Source: Squalus acanthias
Lineage: Eukaryota
Direction: 5' to 3'
Assembly: GCA_030390025.1 (NCBI GenBank)
Contig: JASTWF010000123.1
Coordinates: forward strand, 682,001-746,000
DNA length: 64,000 nt
The notes beneath the pieces are model-generated. The model was given only the letters and a program-made list of their open reading frames with translations. It did no database searches and had not been told where the DNA came from. Each line of letters begins with the position of its first letter. Positions within the stretch are counted from its first letter, which is position 1. The position numbers and the translations under genes were made by a program. Below, one piece after another: positions 36,601 through 50,569 of the stretch.

Positions 36601-36737
36601 GAGATGGTTCTGTCATAGTAGATAGTAGATTGGCGGTTAGGATCAGATCAGCCATGATCTTATTGAATGGCGGAGCAGGCTCGAGGGGCCGATTGGCCTA
36701 CTCCTGCTCCTATTTCTTATGTTCTTATGTTCTTATG
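33676..36737 (+). mobile_element. 5'-truncated CR1 (ORF2 open except for a SINE insertion)
   Basis: ORFs 33632-34618 and 34885-36468 are collinear with 22886-25404. Confidence 0.95.
34608..34886 (-). mobile_element. 5'-truncated HE1-type SINE with GGACA duplication
   Basis: Matches 19875-20100; GGACA at 34603-07 and 34887-91. Confidence 0.88.
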
Positions 36738-38159
36738 ATACAGGGCTATGGGGAGGGAGTGGAGCAGTAGGATTAGTTTGGGATGGATACAGGGCTATAG
36801 GGAGAGATTGGAGCAGTAGGATTAGTTTGGGATTGATACAGGGCTATAGGGAGATATTGGAGCAGTAGGATTAGTTTGGGATTGATACAGGGCTATGGGA
36901 GAGATTGGAGCAGTAGGATTAGTTTGGGATGGATACAGGGCTATGGGGAGAGATTGGAGCAGTAGGATTAGTTTGGGATAGATACAGTGCTATGGGGAGA
37001 GAGTGGAGCAGTGGGATTAGTTTGGGATTGATACAGGGCTATGGGGAGAGATTGGAGCAGTAGGATTAGTTTGAGATTCAGACAGGCTATGGGGAGAGAT
37101 TGGAGCAGCAGGATTAGTTTGGGATTCATACAGGGCTATGGGGAGTGAGTGGGATTAGTTTCGGATAGATACAGGGCTATGGGGAGAGAACGGAGCAGTA
37201 GGATTAGTTTGGGATCGATACAGGGCTATGGGGAGAGAGCGGGGCAGTGGGTTAGTTTGGGATTGATACAGGGCTATGGGGAGAGATTCTGCTCCTATTT
37301 CGTGTGTGCAATTCTGTTAGATGCAGGAGATGGTTCTGTGATAGTAGATAGTAGATTGGCGGTTAGGATCAGATCAGCCATGATCTTATTGAATGGCGGA
37401 GCAGGCTCGAGGGGCCGATTGGCCTACTCCTGCTCCTATTTCTGATGTTCTTATGTTCTTATTGGAGCAGTAGGATTAGTTTGGGATTGATACAGGGCTA
37501 TGGGGAGTGAATGGGATTAGTTTCGGATAGATACAGGGCTATGGGGAGCAGTAGGATTCGTTTGGGATTGATACAGGGATATGAGGAGAGAGTGGAGCAG
37601 TAGGATTAGTTTGGGATGGATACAAGGCTATGGGGAGAGATTGGAGCAGTAGGATTAGTTTACGATTGATTCAGGGCTATGGGGAGAGATTGGAGCAGTA
37701 GGAATAGTTAGAGATTGATACAGGGCTATGGGAGAGATTGGAGCAGTAGGATTAGTTTGGGATGGATACAGGGCTATGGGGAGAGATTGGAGCAGTAGGA
37801 TTAGTTTGAGATTGATACAGGGCTATGGGAGAGATTGGAGCAGTAGGATTAGTTTGGGATGGATACAGGGCTATGGGAGAGATTGGAGCAGTAGGATTAG
37901 TTTGAGATTGATACAGGGCTATGGGAGAGATTGGAGCAGTAGGATTAGTTTGGGATGGATACAGGGCTATGGGAGAGATTGGAGCAGTAGGATTAGTTTG
38001 GGATTGATACAGGGCTATGGGAGAGATTGGAGCAGTAGGATTAGTTTGGGATTGATAAAGGGCTATGGGGAGAGATTGGAGCAGTAGGATTAGTTTGGGA
38101 TTGATACAGGGCTATGGGGAGAGAGTGGAGCAGTAGGATTAGTTTGGGATTGATACAGA

Positions 38160-38908
38160 AGAACATAAGATGTCGGAGTAGGAGTAGGTCATTTGGCCCC
38201 TCGAGCCTGCTCCGCCATTCAATAACATCATGGCTGATCTGATCTTGGCCTCAACTCCACTTCCCTGCCCGCTCCCCATAACCCTTGACTCCCTTACCAT
38301 TCAAAAATCTGTCTATCTCCACCTTAAATATATTCAATGCCCCAGCCTCCACAGCTCTCTGGGGAAGAGAATTCCAAAGATTCACGACCCTCTGAGAGAA
38401 AAAAGTCCTCCTCATTTCCGTTTTAAATGGGTGCCCCCTTATTCTGAAATTATGCCCCCTCGTTCTAGATTCCCCCACTAGCGGAAACATCCTCTCTGCA
38501 TCTACCCTGTCAAGCCTCTTCAGAATCTTATATGTTTCAATAAGATCATCTCTCATTCTTCTAAACTCCAATGAGTATAGGCCCAACCTGCTCAACCTTT
38601 CTTCATAAGACAACCCTTTCATCTCTGGAATCAACCTCATGAACCTTCTCTGAACTGCCTCCAGTGCAAGTAGATCCTTCTTTAAATAAGGAGACCAAAA
38701 CTGTACGCAGTACTCCAGGTGTGGTCTCACCAACGCCCTGTACAGTTGTAACAGGACTTCCCTACTTTTATACTCCAGCCCCTTTGCAATAAAGGCCAAC
38801 ATTCCATTAGCCTTCCATATTACTTGCTGTACCTGCATGCTGACTTTTTGTGATTCATGTACAAGGACCCCCAGATCCCTCTGTACCTCAGCATTTTGTA
38901 ATCTCTCC
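38160..38908 (-). mobile_element. CR1 3' fragment
   Basis: ORF 38251-38838. Confidence 0.92.
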
Positions 38909-39959
38909 GGGGCTATGTGGAGAGAGTGGAGCTGTAGGATTAGTTTGGGATTGATACAGGGCTATGGGGAGAGAGTGGAGCAGTGGGATTAGTTTGGGAT
39001 TGATACAGGGCTATGGGGAGAGATTGGAGCAGTCGGATTAGTTTGGGATTGATACAGGGCTATGGGGAGGGAGCAGGGTAGTCGGATTTCTTTGGAATTG
39101 ATACAAGGCTGTGGGGAGAGAGTGGAGCAGTGGAATTAGTTTGGGATTGATACAGGGCTGTGGGGAGACAGTGGAGCAGTGGGATTAGTTTGGTATTGAT
39201 ACAGGGCTGTGGGGAGAGTGGAGCAGTGGGATTAGTTTGGGATTGATACAGGGCTGTGGGGAGACAGTGGAGAAGTGGGATTAGTTTGGGATTGATACAG
39301 GGCTGTGGGGAGAGAGTGGAGCAGTGGGATTAGTTTGGAATTGATACAGGGCTGTGGGGAGAGAGTGGAGCAGTGGGATTAGTTTGGGATTGATACAGGG
39401 CTGTGGGGAGAGAGTGGAGCAGTGGGATTAGTTTGGGATTGATACAGGGCTGTGGGGAGAGAGTGGAGCAGTGGGATTAGTTTGGAATTGATACAGGGCT
39501 GTGGGGAGAGAGTGGAGCAGTAGGATTAGTTTGGGATTGATACAGGGCTATGGGAGAGATTGGAGCAGTAGGATTAGTTTGGAATTGATACAGGGCTGTG
39601 GGGAGAGAGTGGAGCAGTGGGATTAGTTTTGGATTGATACAGGGCTATGGGGAGAGAGTGGAATAGTGGGATTAGTTTTGGATTGATACAGGGCTATGGG
39701 GAGACAGTGAAGCAGTGGGATTAGTTTGGAATTGATATAGGGTTATGGGGAGAGAGTGGAGCAGTAGGATTAGTTTTGGATTGATACAGGGCTATGGGGA
39801 GAGATTGGAATAGTGGGATTAGTTTGGGATTGATACAGGGCTATGGGGAGAGAGTGGAGCAGTGGGATTAGTTTTGGATTGATACAGGGCTATGGGGAGA
39901 GATTGGAATAGTGGGATTAGTTTGGGATTGATACAGGGCTATGGGGAGAGAGTAGAGAA

Positions 39960-40347
39960 GTCTTCTTCTTAGGCAGTCCCTCGGAACCGAGGATGACTTG
40001 CTTCCACATTAAAAATGAGTTCGCAGGTGACTGATGAGTCCAATGCGGGACCTACAGTCTCTGTCACAGGTGGGGCAGACAGTGGTTGAAGGGGCAGGTG
40101 GGTGGGGTGCTTGGGTTGACGTGCGCTCCTTGCGCTGCCTGCGCTTGGCTTTCGCTTGCTCCCGGCGAAGAGACTCGAGATGTTCGGCGCCTTCCCGGAT
40201 GCTTCTCCTCCACTTTGTGCGGTCTTGGGCCCGGGAAATACCAGGTGTCGGTGGGGATGTTACACTTTTTCAAGGAGGCTTTGAGGGTGTCCTTGAAGCG
40301 TTTCCTCTGCCCACCTGGGGCTCTCTTGCCGTGCCGGAGCTCCGAGA
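39960..40347 (-). mobile_element. RTE 3' end (copy)
   Basis: Near-identical to 784-1168. Confidence 0.8.
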
Positions 40348-40942
40348 TGGGAGCAGTGGGGTTAGTTTGGGATTGATACAGGGCTGTGGGGAGAGAGTGG
40401 AGCAGTGGGATTAGTTTGGGATTGATACAGGGCTGTGGGGAGAGAGTGGAGCAGTGGGATTAGTTTGGAATTGATACAGGGCTGTGGGGAGAGAGTGGAG
40501 CAGTCGGATTAGTTTGGGATTGATACAGGGCTATGGGAGAGATTGGAGCAGTAGGATTAGTTTGGAATTGATACAGGGCTGTGGGGAGAGAGTGGAGCAG
40601 TGGGATTAGTTTTGGATTGATACAGGGCTATGGGGAGAGAGTGGAATAGTGGGATTAGTTTTGGATTGATACAGGGCTATGGGGAGACAGTGAAGCAGTG
40701 GGATTAGTTTGGAATTGATATAGGGTTATGGGGAGAGAGTGGAGCAGTAGGATTAGTTTTGGATTGATACAGGGCTATGGGGAGAGATTGGAATAGTGGG
40801 ATTAGTTTGGGATTGATACAGGGCTATGGGGAGAGAGTGGAGCAGTGGGATTAGTTTTGGATTGATACAGGGCTATGGGGAGAGATTGGAATAGTGGGAT
40901 TAGTTTGGGATTGATACAGGGCTATGGGGAGAGAGTAGAGAA

Positions 40943-41330
40943 GTCTTCTTCTTAGGCAGTCCCTCGGAACCGAGGATGACTTGCTTCCACATTAAAAATG
41001 AGTTCGCAGGTGACTGATGAGTCCAATGCGGGACCTACAGTCTCTGTCACAGGTGGGGCAGACAGTGGTTGAAGGGGCAGGTGGGTGGGGTGCTTGGGTT
41101 GACGTGCGCTCCTTGCGCTGCCTGCGCTTGGCTTTCGCTTGCTCCCGGCGAAGAGACTCGAGATGTTCGGCGCCTTCCCGGATGCTTCTCCTCCACTTTG
41201 TGCGGTCTTGGGCCCGGGAAATACCAGGTGTCGGTGGGGATGTTACACTTTTTCAAGGAGGCTTTGAGGGTGTCCTTGAAGCGTTTCCTCTGCCCACCTG
41301 GGGCTCTCTTGCCGTGCCGGAGCTCCGAGA
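40943..41330 (-). mobile_element. RTE 3' end (copy)
   Basis: 983-bp tandem duplicate of the previous copy. Confidence 0.8.
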
Positions 41331-42531
41331 TGGGAGCAGTGGGGTTAGTTTGGGATGGATACAGGGCTATGGGGAGAGAGTGGAGCAGTGGGATTAGTTT
41401 GGGATTGATACAGGGCTATGGGGAGAGATTGGAGCAGTCGGATTAGTTTGGGATTGATACAGGGCTATGGGGAGAGATTGGAGCAGTCGGATTAGTTTGG
41501 GATTGATACAGGGCTATGGGGAGGGAGCAGGGTAGTCGGATTTCTTTGGAATTGATACAAGGCTGTGGGGAGAGAGTGGAGCAGTGGAATTAGTTTGGGA
41601 TTGATACAGGGCTGTGGGGAGTGAGTGGGATTAGTTTCGGATAGATACAGGGCTATGGGGAGAGAACGGAGCAGTAGGATTAGTTTGGGATCGATACAGG
41701 GCTATGGGGAGAGAGCGGGGCAGTGGGTTAGTTTGGGATTGATACAGGGCTATGGGGAGAGATTCTGCTCCTATTTCGTGTGTGCAATTCTGTTAGATGC
41801 AGGAGATGGTTCTGTGATAGTAGATAGTAGATTGGCGGTTAGGATCAGATCAGCCATGATCTTATTGAATGGCGGAGCAGGCTCGAGGGGCCGATTGGCC
41901 TACTCCTGCTCCTATTTCTGATGTTCTTATGTTCTTATTGGAGCAGTAGGATTAGTTTGGGATTGATACAGGGCTATGGGGAGTGAATGGGATTAGTTTC
42001 GGATAGATACAGGGCTATGGGGAGCAGTAGGATTCGTTTGGGATTGATACAGGGATATGAGGAGAGAGTGGAGCAGTAGGATTAGTTTGGGATGGATACA
42101 AGGCTATGGGGAGAGATTGGAGCAGTAGGATTAGTTTACGATTGATTCAGGGCTATGGGGAGAGATTGGAGCAGTAGGAATAGTTAGAGATTGATACAGG
42201 GCTATGGGAGAGATTGGAGCAGTAGGATTAGTTTGGGATGGATACAGGGCTATGGGGAGAGATTGGAGCAGTAGGATTAGTTTGAGATTGATACAGGGCT
42301 ATGGGAGAGATTGGAGCAGTAGGATTAGTTTGGGATGGATACAGGGCTATGGGAGAGATTGGAGCAGTAGGATTAGTTTGGGATTGATACAGGGCTATGG
42401 GGAGCAGTAGGATTAGTTTGGGATTGATACAGGGCTATGGGGAGAGATTGGAGCAGTAGGATTAGTTTGGGATTGATACAGGGCTATGGGGAGAGAGTGG
42501 AGCAGTAGGATTAGTTTGGGATTGATACAGA

Positions 42532-43280
42532 AGAACATAAGATGTCGGAGCAGGAGTAGGTCATTTGGCCCCTCGAGCCTGCTTCGCCATTCAATAACAT
42601 CATGGCTGATCTGATCTTGGCCTCAACTCCACTTCCCTGCCCGCTCCCCATAACCCTTGACTCCCTTACCATTCAAAAATCTGTCTATCTCCACCTTAAA
42701 TATATTCAATGCCCCAGCCTCCACAGCTCTCTGGGGAAGAGAATTCCAAAGATTCACGACCCTCTGAGAGAAAAAAGTCCTCCTCATTTCCGTTTTAAAT
42801 GGGTGCCCCCTTATTCTGAAATTATGCCCCCTAGTTCTAGATTCCCCCACTAGGGGAAACATCCTCTCTGCATCTACCCTGTCAAGCCTCTTCAGAATCT
42901 TATATGTTTCAATAAGATCATCTCTCATTCTTCTAAACTCCAATGAGTATAGGCCCAACCTGCTCAACCTTTCTTCATAAGACAACCCTTTCATCGCAGG
43001 AATCAACCTCATGAACCTTCTCTGAACTGCCTCCAGTGCAAGTAGATCCTTCTTTAAATAAGGAGACCAAAACTGTACGCAGTACTCCAGGTGTGGTCTC
43101 ACCAACGCCCTGTACAGTTGTAACAGGACTTCCCTACTTTTATACTCCAGCCCCTTTGCAATAAAGGCCAACATTCCATTAGCCTTCCTAATTACTTGCT
43201 GTACCTGCATGCTGACTTTTTGTGATTCATGTACAAGGACCCCCAGATCCCTCTGTACCTCAGCATTTTGTAATCTCTCT
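42532..43280 (-). mobile_element. CR1 3' fragment (copy)
   Basis: ORF 42623-43210. Confidence 0.92.
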
Positions 43281-43792
43281 GGGGCTATGTGGAGAGAGTG
43301 GAGCTGTAGGATTAGTTTGGGATTGATACAGGGCTATGGGGAGAGAGTGGAGCAGTGGGATTAGTTTGGATTGATACAGGGCTATGGGGAGAGAGTGGAG
43401 CAGTGGGATTAGTTTGGGATTGATACAGGGGTATGGGAGAAAGTAGAGCAGTGGGATTAGTTTTGGATTGATACAGGGCTATGGGGAGAGAGTGGAATAG
43501 TGGGATTAGTTTTGGATTGATACAGGGCTATGGGAGACAGTGGAGCAGTGGGATTAGTTTGGAATTGATATAGGGTTATGGGGAGAGAGTGGAGCAGTAG
43601 GATTAGTTTTGGATTGATACAGGGCTATGGGGAGAGATTGGAATAGTGGGATTAGTTTGGGATTGATACAGGGCTATGGGGAGAGAGTGGAGCAGTGGGA
43701 TTAGTTTTGGATTGATACAGGGCTATGGGGAGAGATTGGAATAGTGGGATTAGTTTGGGATTGATACAGGGCTATGGGGAGAGAGTAGAGAA

Positions 43793-44180
43793 GTCTTCTT
43801 CTTAGGCAGTCCCTCGGAACCGAGGATGACTTGCTTCCACATTAAAAATGAGTTCGCAGGTGACTGATGAGTCCAATGCGGGACCTACAGTCTCTGTCAC
43901 AGGTGGGGCAGACAGTGGTTGAAGGGGCAGGTGGGTGGGGTGCTTGGGTTGACGTGCGCTCCTTGCGCTGCCTGCGCTTGGCTTTCGCTTGCTCCTGGCG
44001 AAGAGACTCGAGATGTTCGGCGCCTTCCCGGATGCTTCTCCTCCACTTTGTGCGGTCTTGGGCCCGGGAAATACCAGGTGTCGGTGGGGATGTTACACTT
44101 TTTCAAGGAGGCTTTGAGGGTGTCCTTGAAGCGTTTCCTCTGCCCACCTGGGGCTCTCTTGCCGTGCCGGAGCTCCGAGA
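43793..44180 (-). mobile_element. RTE 3' end (copy)
   Basis: Near-identical to 784-1168. Confidence 0.8.
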
Positions 44181-46123
44181 TGGGAGCAGTGGGCTTAGTT
44201 TGGGATGGATACAGGGCTATGGGGAGAGATTGGAGCAGTGGGATTAGTTTGGGATTGATACAGGGCTATGGGGAGAGATTGGAGCAGTCGGATTAGTTTG
44301 GGATTGATACAGGGCTATGGGGAGGGAGCAGGGTAGTCGGATTTCTTTGGAATTGATACAAGGCTGTGGGGAGAGAGTGGAGCAGTGGAATTAGTTTGGG
44401 ATTGATACAGGGCTGTGGGGAGACAGTGGAGCAGTGGGATTAGTTTGGGATTGATACAGGGCTGTGGGGAGAGAGTGGAGCAGTGGGATTAGTTTGGGAT
44501 TGATACAGGGCTGTGGGGAGAGAGTGGAGCAGTGGATTAGTTTGGGATTGATACAGGGCTGTGGGGAGAGAGTGGAGCAGTGGATTAGTTTGGGATTGAT
44601 ACAGGGCTGTGGGGAGAGAGTGGAGCAGTGGGATTAGTTTGGGATTGATACAGGGCTGTGGGGAGACAGTGGAGCAGTGGGATTAGTTTGGGATTGATAC
44701 AGGGCTGTGGGGAGAGAGTGGAGCAGTGGGATTAGTTTGGGATTGATACAGGGCTGTGGGGAGAGAGTGGAGCAGTGGGATTAGTTTGGGATTGATACAG
44801 GGCTATGGGGAGAGAGTGGAGCAGTGGGATTAGTTTGGGATTGATACAGGGCTATGGGGAGAGAGTGGAGCAGTGGATTAGTTTGGGATTGATACAGGGC
44901 TATGGGGAGAGAGTGGAGCAGTAGGATTAGTTTGGGATTGATACAGGGCTATGGGGAGAGAGTGGAGCAGTGGGATTAGTTTGGGATTGATACAGGGCTA
45001 TGGGGAGAGAGTGGAGCAGTGGGATTAGTTTGGGATTGATACAGGGCTGTGGGGAGAGAGTGGAGCAGTGGGATTAGTTTGGGATTGATACAGGGCTGTG
45101 GGGAGAGAGTGGAGCAGTGGATTAGTTTGGGATTGATACAGGGCTATGGGGAGAGAGTGGAGCAGTGGGATTAGTTTGGGATTGATACAGGGCTGTGGGG
45201 AGAGAGTGGAGCAGTGGGATTAGTTTGGGATTGATACAGGGCTATGGGGAGAGAGTGGAGCAGTGGGATTAGTTTGGGATTGATACAGGGCTATGGGGAG
45301 AGAGTGGAGCAGTGGGATTAGTTTGGGATTGATACAGGGCTGTGGGGAGAGAGTGGAGCAGTGGGATTAGTTTGGGATTGATACAGGGCTGTGGGGAGAG
45401 AGTGGAGCAGTGGGATTAGTTTGGGATTGATACAGGGCTATGGGGAGAGAGTGGAGCAGTGGGATTAGTTTGGGATTGATACAGGGCTGTGGGGAGAGAG
45501 TGGAGCAGTGGGATTAGTTTGGGATTGATACAGGGCTATGGGGAGAGAGTGGAGCAGTGGGATTAGTTTGGGATTGATACAGGGCTATGGGAGAGAGTGG
45601 AGCAGTGGGATTAGTTTGGGATTGATACAGGGCTGTGGGGAGAGAGTGGAGCAGTGGGATTAGTTTGGGATTGATACAGGGCTATGGGGAGAGAGTGGAG
45701 CAGTGGGATTAGTTTGGGATTGATACAGGGCTGTGGGGAGAGAGTGGAGCAGTGGGATTAGTTTGGGATTGATACAGGGCTGTGGGGAGAGAGTGGAGCA
45801 GTGGGATTAGTTTGGGATTGATACAGGGCTGTGGGGAGAGAGTGGAGCAGTGGGATTAGTTTGGGATTGATACAGGGCTGTGGGGAGAGAGTGGAGCAGT
45901 GGGATTAGTTTGGGATTGATACAGGGCTGTGGGGAGAGAGTGGAGCAGTGGGATTAGTTTGGGATTGATACAGGGCTGTGGGGAGAGAGTGGAGCAGTGG
46001 GATTAGTTTGGGATTGATACAGGGCTGTGGGGAGAGAGTGGAGCAGTGGGATTAGTTTGGGATTGATACAGGGCTGTGGGGAGGAGTATTTGCCAGAAGC
46101 CAAACCACAAGCAGCTGGTTCAT

Positions 46124-46157
46124 TGTAATAATAACCCATGGCCACTGGGTGGCAGTG
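46124..46157 (+). promoter_or_regulatory. CTCF-like site
   Basis: TGGCCACTGGGTGGCAGTG with upstream TGTAAT. Confidence 0.4.
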
Positions 46158-46681
46158 CAACAGCACCAGATGTAGAGGGGCTGCTGGGAATGTCAGTGAA
46201 ATTACAGCACAGGTCGATCCCACTGGGCCAGAGGAGTCTGAGCCAGTGGGAGCTCTTCAACTGAGTCTGTCCGCCTCTAAAAGGGAAGGACAGGGAATGG
46301 TTTAAACAGTTAGTACCTCATTGACAGTGAAGAGCTCTCGAACATCCATAGGATGTGAAAGGCATTTAATAAATATCTTACTGTCTCTCTCTCTCTCTCT
46401 CTGTTTCTGTCTCTTTCTCTCACACTCTCAGTCTCACTCTGTTCCTTACTCTCACTCTGTGTCTCTCTCTCTCTCTCCTGCTGCCTCTGTCACCTCTCTG
46501 GCTCTCCGTGTGTCTCTCTCTCTGTCTCTCTCTCACTCTCTCTCCCTCTCTCACTCTCCCTCTCACTCTCTCTCCCTCTCTCTTCCTCTGACTCTCAGGC
46601 TGGAAGGAGGGTGTAAGATGGTGGGAGGGTGTAAGATGGTGGGAGGTAAGATGGCGGGAGGGTAAGATGGCGGGAGGGTAA

Positions 46682-47093
46682 GAACATAAGAAATAGGAGC
46701 AGGAATAGGCCACTTGGCCCCTCGAGCCTGCTCTGCCATTCAATAAGATCGTGGCTGATCTTGTGCTCAAAGCCACTTCCCAGCCCGCTCCCCATAACCC
46801 TTCACTCCCTTATCTTGCAAAAATTTGTCTATCTCCACTTCAAATATATTCAATGACCCAGCCTCCACAGCTCTCCGGGGCAGAGAATTCCACAAATTTA
46901 CGACCCTCTGAGAGAAGAAGTTCCTCCTCATCTCAGTTCTAAAAGGGCGACCCTTTATTCTGAGACTGTGCCCCCGAGTTCTAGATTTCCCCATGAGGGG
47001 AAACATCCTCTCTGCATCTACCCTGTCGAGCCCCCTCAGTATCTTATATGTTTCGATAAGATCACCTCTCATTCTTCTAAATTCCAATGAGTA
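46682..47093 (-). mobile_element. CR1 3' fragment (duplicate of 3281-3692)
   Basis: Identical 106-aa ORF. Confidence 0.92.
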
Positions 47094-49575
47094 AGATGGG
47101 GGAAGGATATGTTGGCGGGAGGGTAAGGTGGCGGATGGGTAAGATGGCGGGAGGGTAAGGTGGCGGATGGGTAAGATGGCGGGAGGGTAAGATTGCAGGA
47201 GGGTAAGGTGGCGGGAGGGTAAGATTGCAGGAGGGTAAGGTGGCGGGAGGGTAAGGTGGCGGGAGGGTAAGGCGGTGGGAGGGTAAGGTGGCGGGAGGGT
47301 AAGGTGGCGGGAGGGTAAGGTGGCGGATGGGTAAGGTGGCGGGAGGGTGAGGTGGCGGAGGGTAAGGTGGCGGGAGGGTAAGGTGGCGGATGGGTAAGGT
47401 GGCAGGAGGGTAAGGTGGCGGGAGGGTAAGGTGGGGGGAGGGTAAGGTGGCGGATGGGTAAGGTGGTGGATGGGTAAGGTGGCGGGAGGGTAAGGTGGCG
47501 GGAGGGTAAGGTGGCGGGAGGGTAAGGTGGCGGATGGGTAAGGTGGCGGGAGGTTAAGGTGGCGGGAGGGTAAGGTGGCGGGTGGGTAAGGTGGCGGGAG
47601 GGTAAGGTGGCGGATGGGTAAGGTGGCGGATGGGTAAGGTGGCGGATGGGTAAGGTGGCGGATGGGTAAGGTGGCGGATGGGTAAGGTGGCGGGAGGGTA
47701 AGATTGCAGGAGGGTAAGGTGGTGGGAGGGTAAGGTGGCGGGAGGGTAAGGTGGCGGGAGGGTAAGATTGCAGGAGGGTAAGATTGCAGGAGGGTAAGGT
47801 GGCGGGAGGGTAAGGTGGTGGGAGGGTAAGGTGGCGGATGGGTAAGATTGCAGGAGGGTAAGGTGGTGGGAGGGTAAGGTGGCGGGAGGGTAAGATTGCA
47901 GGAGGGTAAGGTGGTGGGAGGGTAAGGTGGAGGATGGGTAAGGTGGCGGGAGGGTAAGGTGGCGGGAGGGTAAGGTGGCGGGAGGGTAAGGTGGCGGGAG
48001 GGTAAGGTGGCGGGAGGGTAAGGTGGCGGAGGGTAAGGTGGCGGATGGGTAAGGTGGCGGGAGGGTAAGGTGGCGGGAGGGTAAGATTGCAGGAGGGTAA
48101 GGTGGCGGGAGGGTAAGGTGGCGGGAGGGTAAGGTGGCGGGAGGGTAAGGTGGCGGATGGGTAAGGTGGAGGGAGGGTAAGGTGGCGGGAGGGTAAGGTG
48201 GCGGGAGGGTAAGGTGGCGGGAGGGTAAGGTGGCGGGAGGGTAAGGTGGCGGGAGGGTAAGGTGGCGGATGGGTAAGGTGGCGGATGGGTAAGGTGGCGG
48301 GAGGGTAAGGTGGCGGGAGGGTAAGATTGCAGGAGGGTAAGGTGGCGGGAGGGTAAGGTGGCGGGAGGGTAAGGTGGCGGGAGGGTAAGGTGGCGGATGG
48401 GTAAGGTGGAGGGAGGGTAAGGTGGCGGGAGGGTAAGGTGGCGGGAGGGTAAGGTGGCGGATGGGTAAGGTGGCGGGAGGGTAAGATTGCAGGAGGGTAA
48501 GATTGCAGGAGGGTAAGGTGGCGGGAGGGTAAGGTGGCGGGAGGGTAAGGTGGCGGGAGGGTAAGGTGGCGGGAGGGTAAGGTGGCGGATGGGTAAGGTG
48601 GAGGGAGGGTAAGGTGGCGGGAGGGTAAGGTGGCGGGAGGGTAAGGTGGCGGGAGGGTAAGGTGGCGGGAGGGTAAGGTGGCGGGAGGGTAAGGTGGCGG
48701 ATGGGTAAGGTGGCGGATGGGTAAGGTGGCGGGAGGGTAAGGTGGCGGGAGGGTAAGGTGGCGGGAGGGTAAGATTGCAGGAGGGTAAGGTGGTGGGAGG
48801 GTAAGGTGGCGGGAGGGTAAGGTGGCGGGAGGGTAAGGTGGCGGATGGGTAAGGTGGAGGGAGGGTAAGGTGGCGGGAGGGTAAGGTGGCGGGAGGGTAA
48901 GATGGCGGATGGGTAAGGTGGCGGGAGGGTAAGATTGCAGGAGGGTAAGATTGCAGGAGGGTAAGGTGGCGGGAGGGTAAGGTGGCGGGAGGGTGAGGTG
49001 GCGGGAGGGTAAGGTGGCGGGAGGGTAAGGTGGCGGATGGGTAAGGTGGAGGGAGGGTAAAGTGGCGGGAGGGTAAGGTGGCGGGAGGGTAAGGTGGCGG
49101 ATGGGTAAGGTGGCGGGAGGGTATGGTGGCGGGAGGGTAAGGTGGCGGATGGGTAAGGTGGCGGATGGGTAAGGTGGCGGGAGGGTGAGGTGGCGGGAGG
49201 GTAAGGTGGCGGATAGGTAAGGTGGCGGGAGGGTAAGGTTATTGGAGGGTAAGGTGGCGGATGGGTAAGATTGCAGGAGGGTAAGATTGCAGGAGGGTAA
49301 GGTGGCGGGAGGGTAAGGTGGCGGGAGGGTAAGGTGGCGGGGGTGTAAGGTGGCGGGAGGGTGAGGTGGCGGGAGGGTGAGGTGGCGGGAGGGTAAGGTG
49401 GCGGATGGGTAAGATTGCAGGAGTGTAAGATTGCGGGAGGGTAAGGTGGTGGGAGGGTAAGATTGCAGGAGGGTAAATGTCGGGAGGGTAAGGTAGCGGG
49501 AGGGTAAGGTGGCGGGAGGGTAAGGTACGGGAGAGTAAGGTACGGGAGCATAAGATTGCAGGAGGGTAAGATGAC
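47094..49575 (+). repeat. 16-bp minisatellite (expanded)
   Basis: Unit GGGAGGGTAAGGTGGC. Confidence 0.97.
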
Positions 49576-49883
49576 GTCCTCCTCCTTTAAGACGCTCCTT
49601 AAAACCTACCTCTTTGACCAAGCTTTTGGTCATCTGTCCTGATATCTCCTTACGTGGCTCAGTGCCAAATTTTGTTTGATATCGCTCCTATAAGGCACCT
49701 TGGGACGTTTTACTGCATTAAAGGCGTTGTATAAAAGAGAGAGAAAAAGAGCAAATAGAGAGAGAGGGACGATAGAGTGAGACAGAGAGAATAGAGAGAC
49801 AGAATAGAAAGAGATTGAAATATATATATAGAGAGAGACAGAAATAGAGTGAGAGAGACAGACAGAGAGAAAAGAGAAATATA

Positions 49884-50569
49884 GACCTAGAAACTCGGGG
49901 GTTTAGTGGCACCCGTTACCGCCAGATTTGGGCACAAAATGGCGTCCGCCCCACTACCGCCCGCTGCCGGCAGCGCTGCCGATGTCAGTGATCGTTCGGG
50001 ATATGTAGATGATGCAGATCGTGACGTCAGTGAGTGTGCAACGCTCACCTGACGCCCAAACTGCGAGTTTGAAGTTCGCCGCTCCACTTACCGGCATGCC
50101 CGAAGCGACAAGTTGAGCAAGTGTTGACAAGCAGGAAGGAGGCTCCAGCAGCGGTATTTAAAGAGATCATCAGCAACTACTTGCAGCTGACATATTTGTT
50201 CAGTTTGACTGGCTCTGTGCCACTTTCTGCAACTCCAGCAGCTTTATTAACTTCTTTTAAGGTTCTAAGGTAACAGAGTGTTGTTGCAAGTGGAGAGCAC
50301 CTTCAATCTTATTTAAAGGCTGCTGCTCACAACATTTGCTCAGAGTCACGGGGGCTCTACTGGCAGTCCCCCGCGCGCTCGAGTATCTTCGGCAGAGGGA
50401 GCGGAGGCAGCGAAGAAGATGAGAAGATGCGCGCAGAGCGAGGAGGAGGAGGGCTCTCAACAGGAGGTCTTACCCACCTAGGGTCTTCCGAGAGCACTTC
50501 TCTTAAATCCACTTGAGCGAGGAGCAGTATATTAGGAGGCTACGCTTCACCAAGGAGGTGGTCACAGCC
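49884..50569 (+). mobile_element. Harbinger 5' fragment (duplicate)
   Basis: Matches 5361-6046. Confidence 0.65.

Larger units (their letters stand above)
36738..46080 (+). repeat. 49-bp minisatellite field with embedded duplicated LINE fragments
   Basis: Same unit; homogeneous from 44400 to 46080. Confidence 0.96.
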
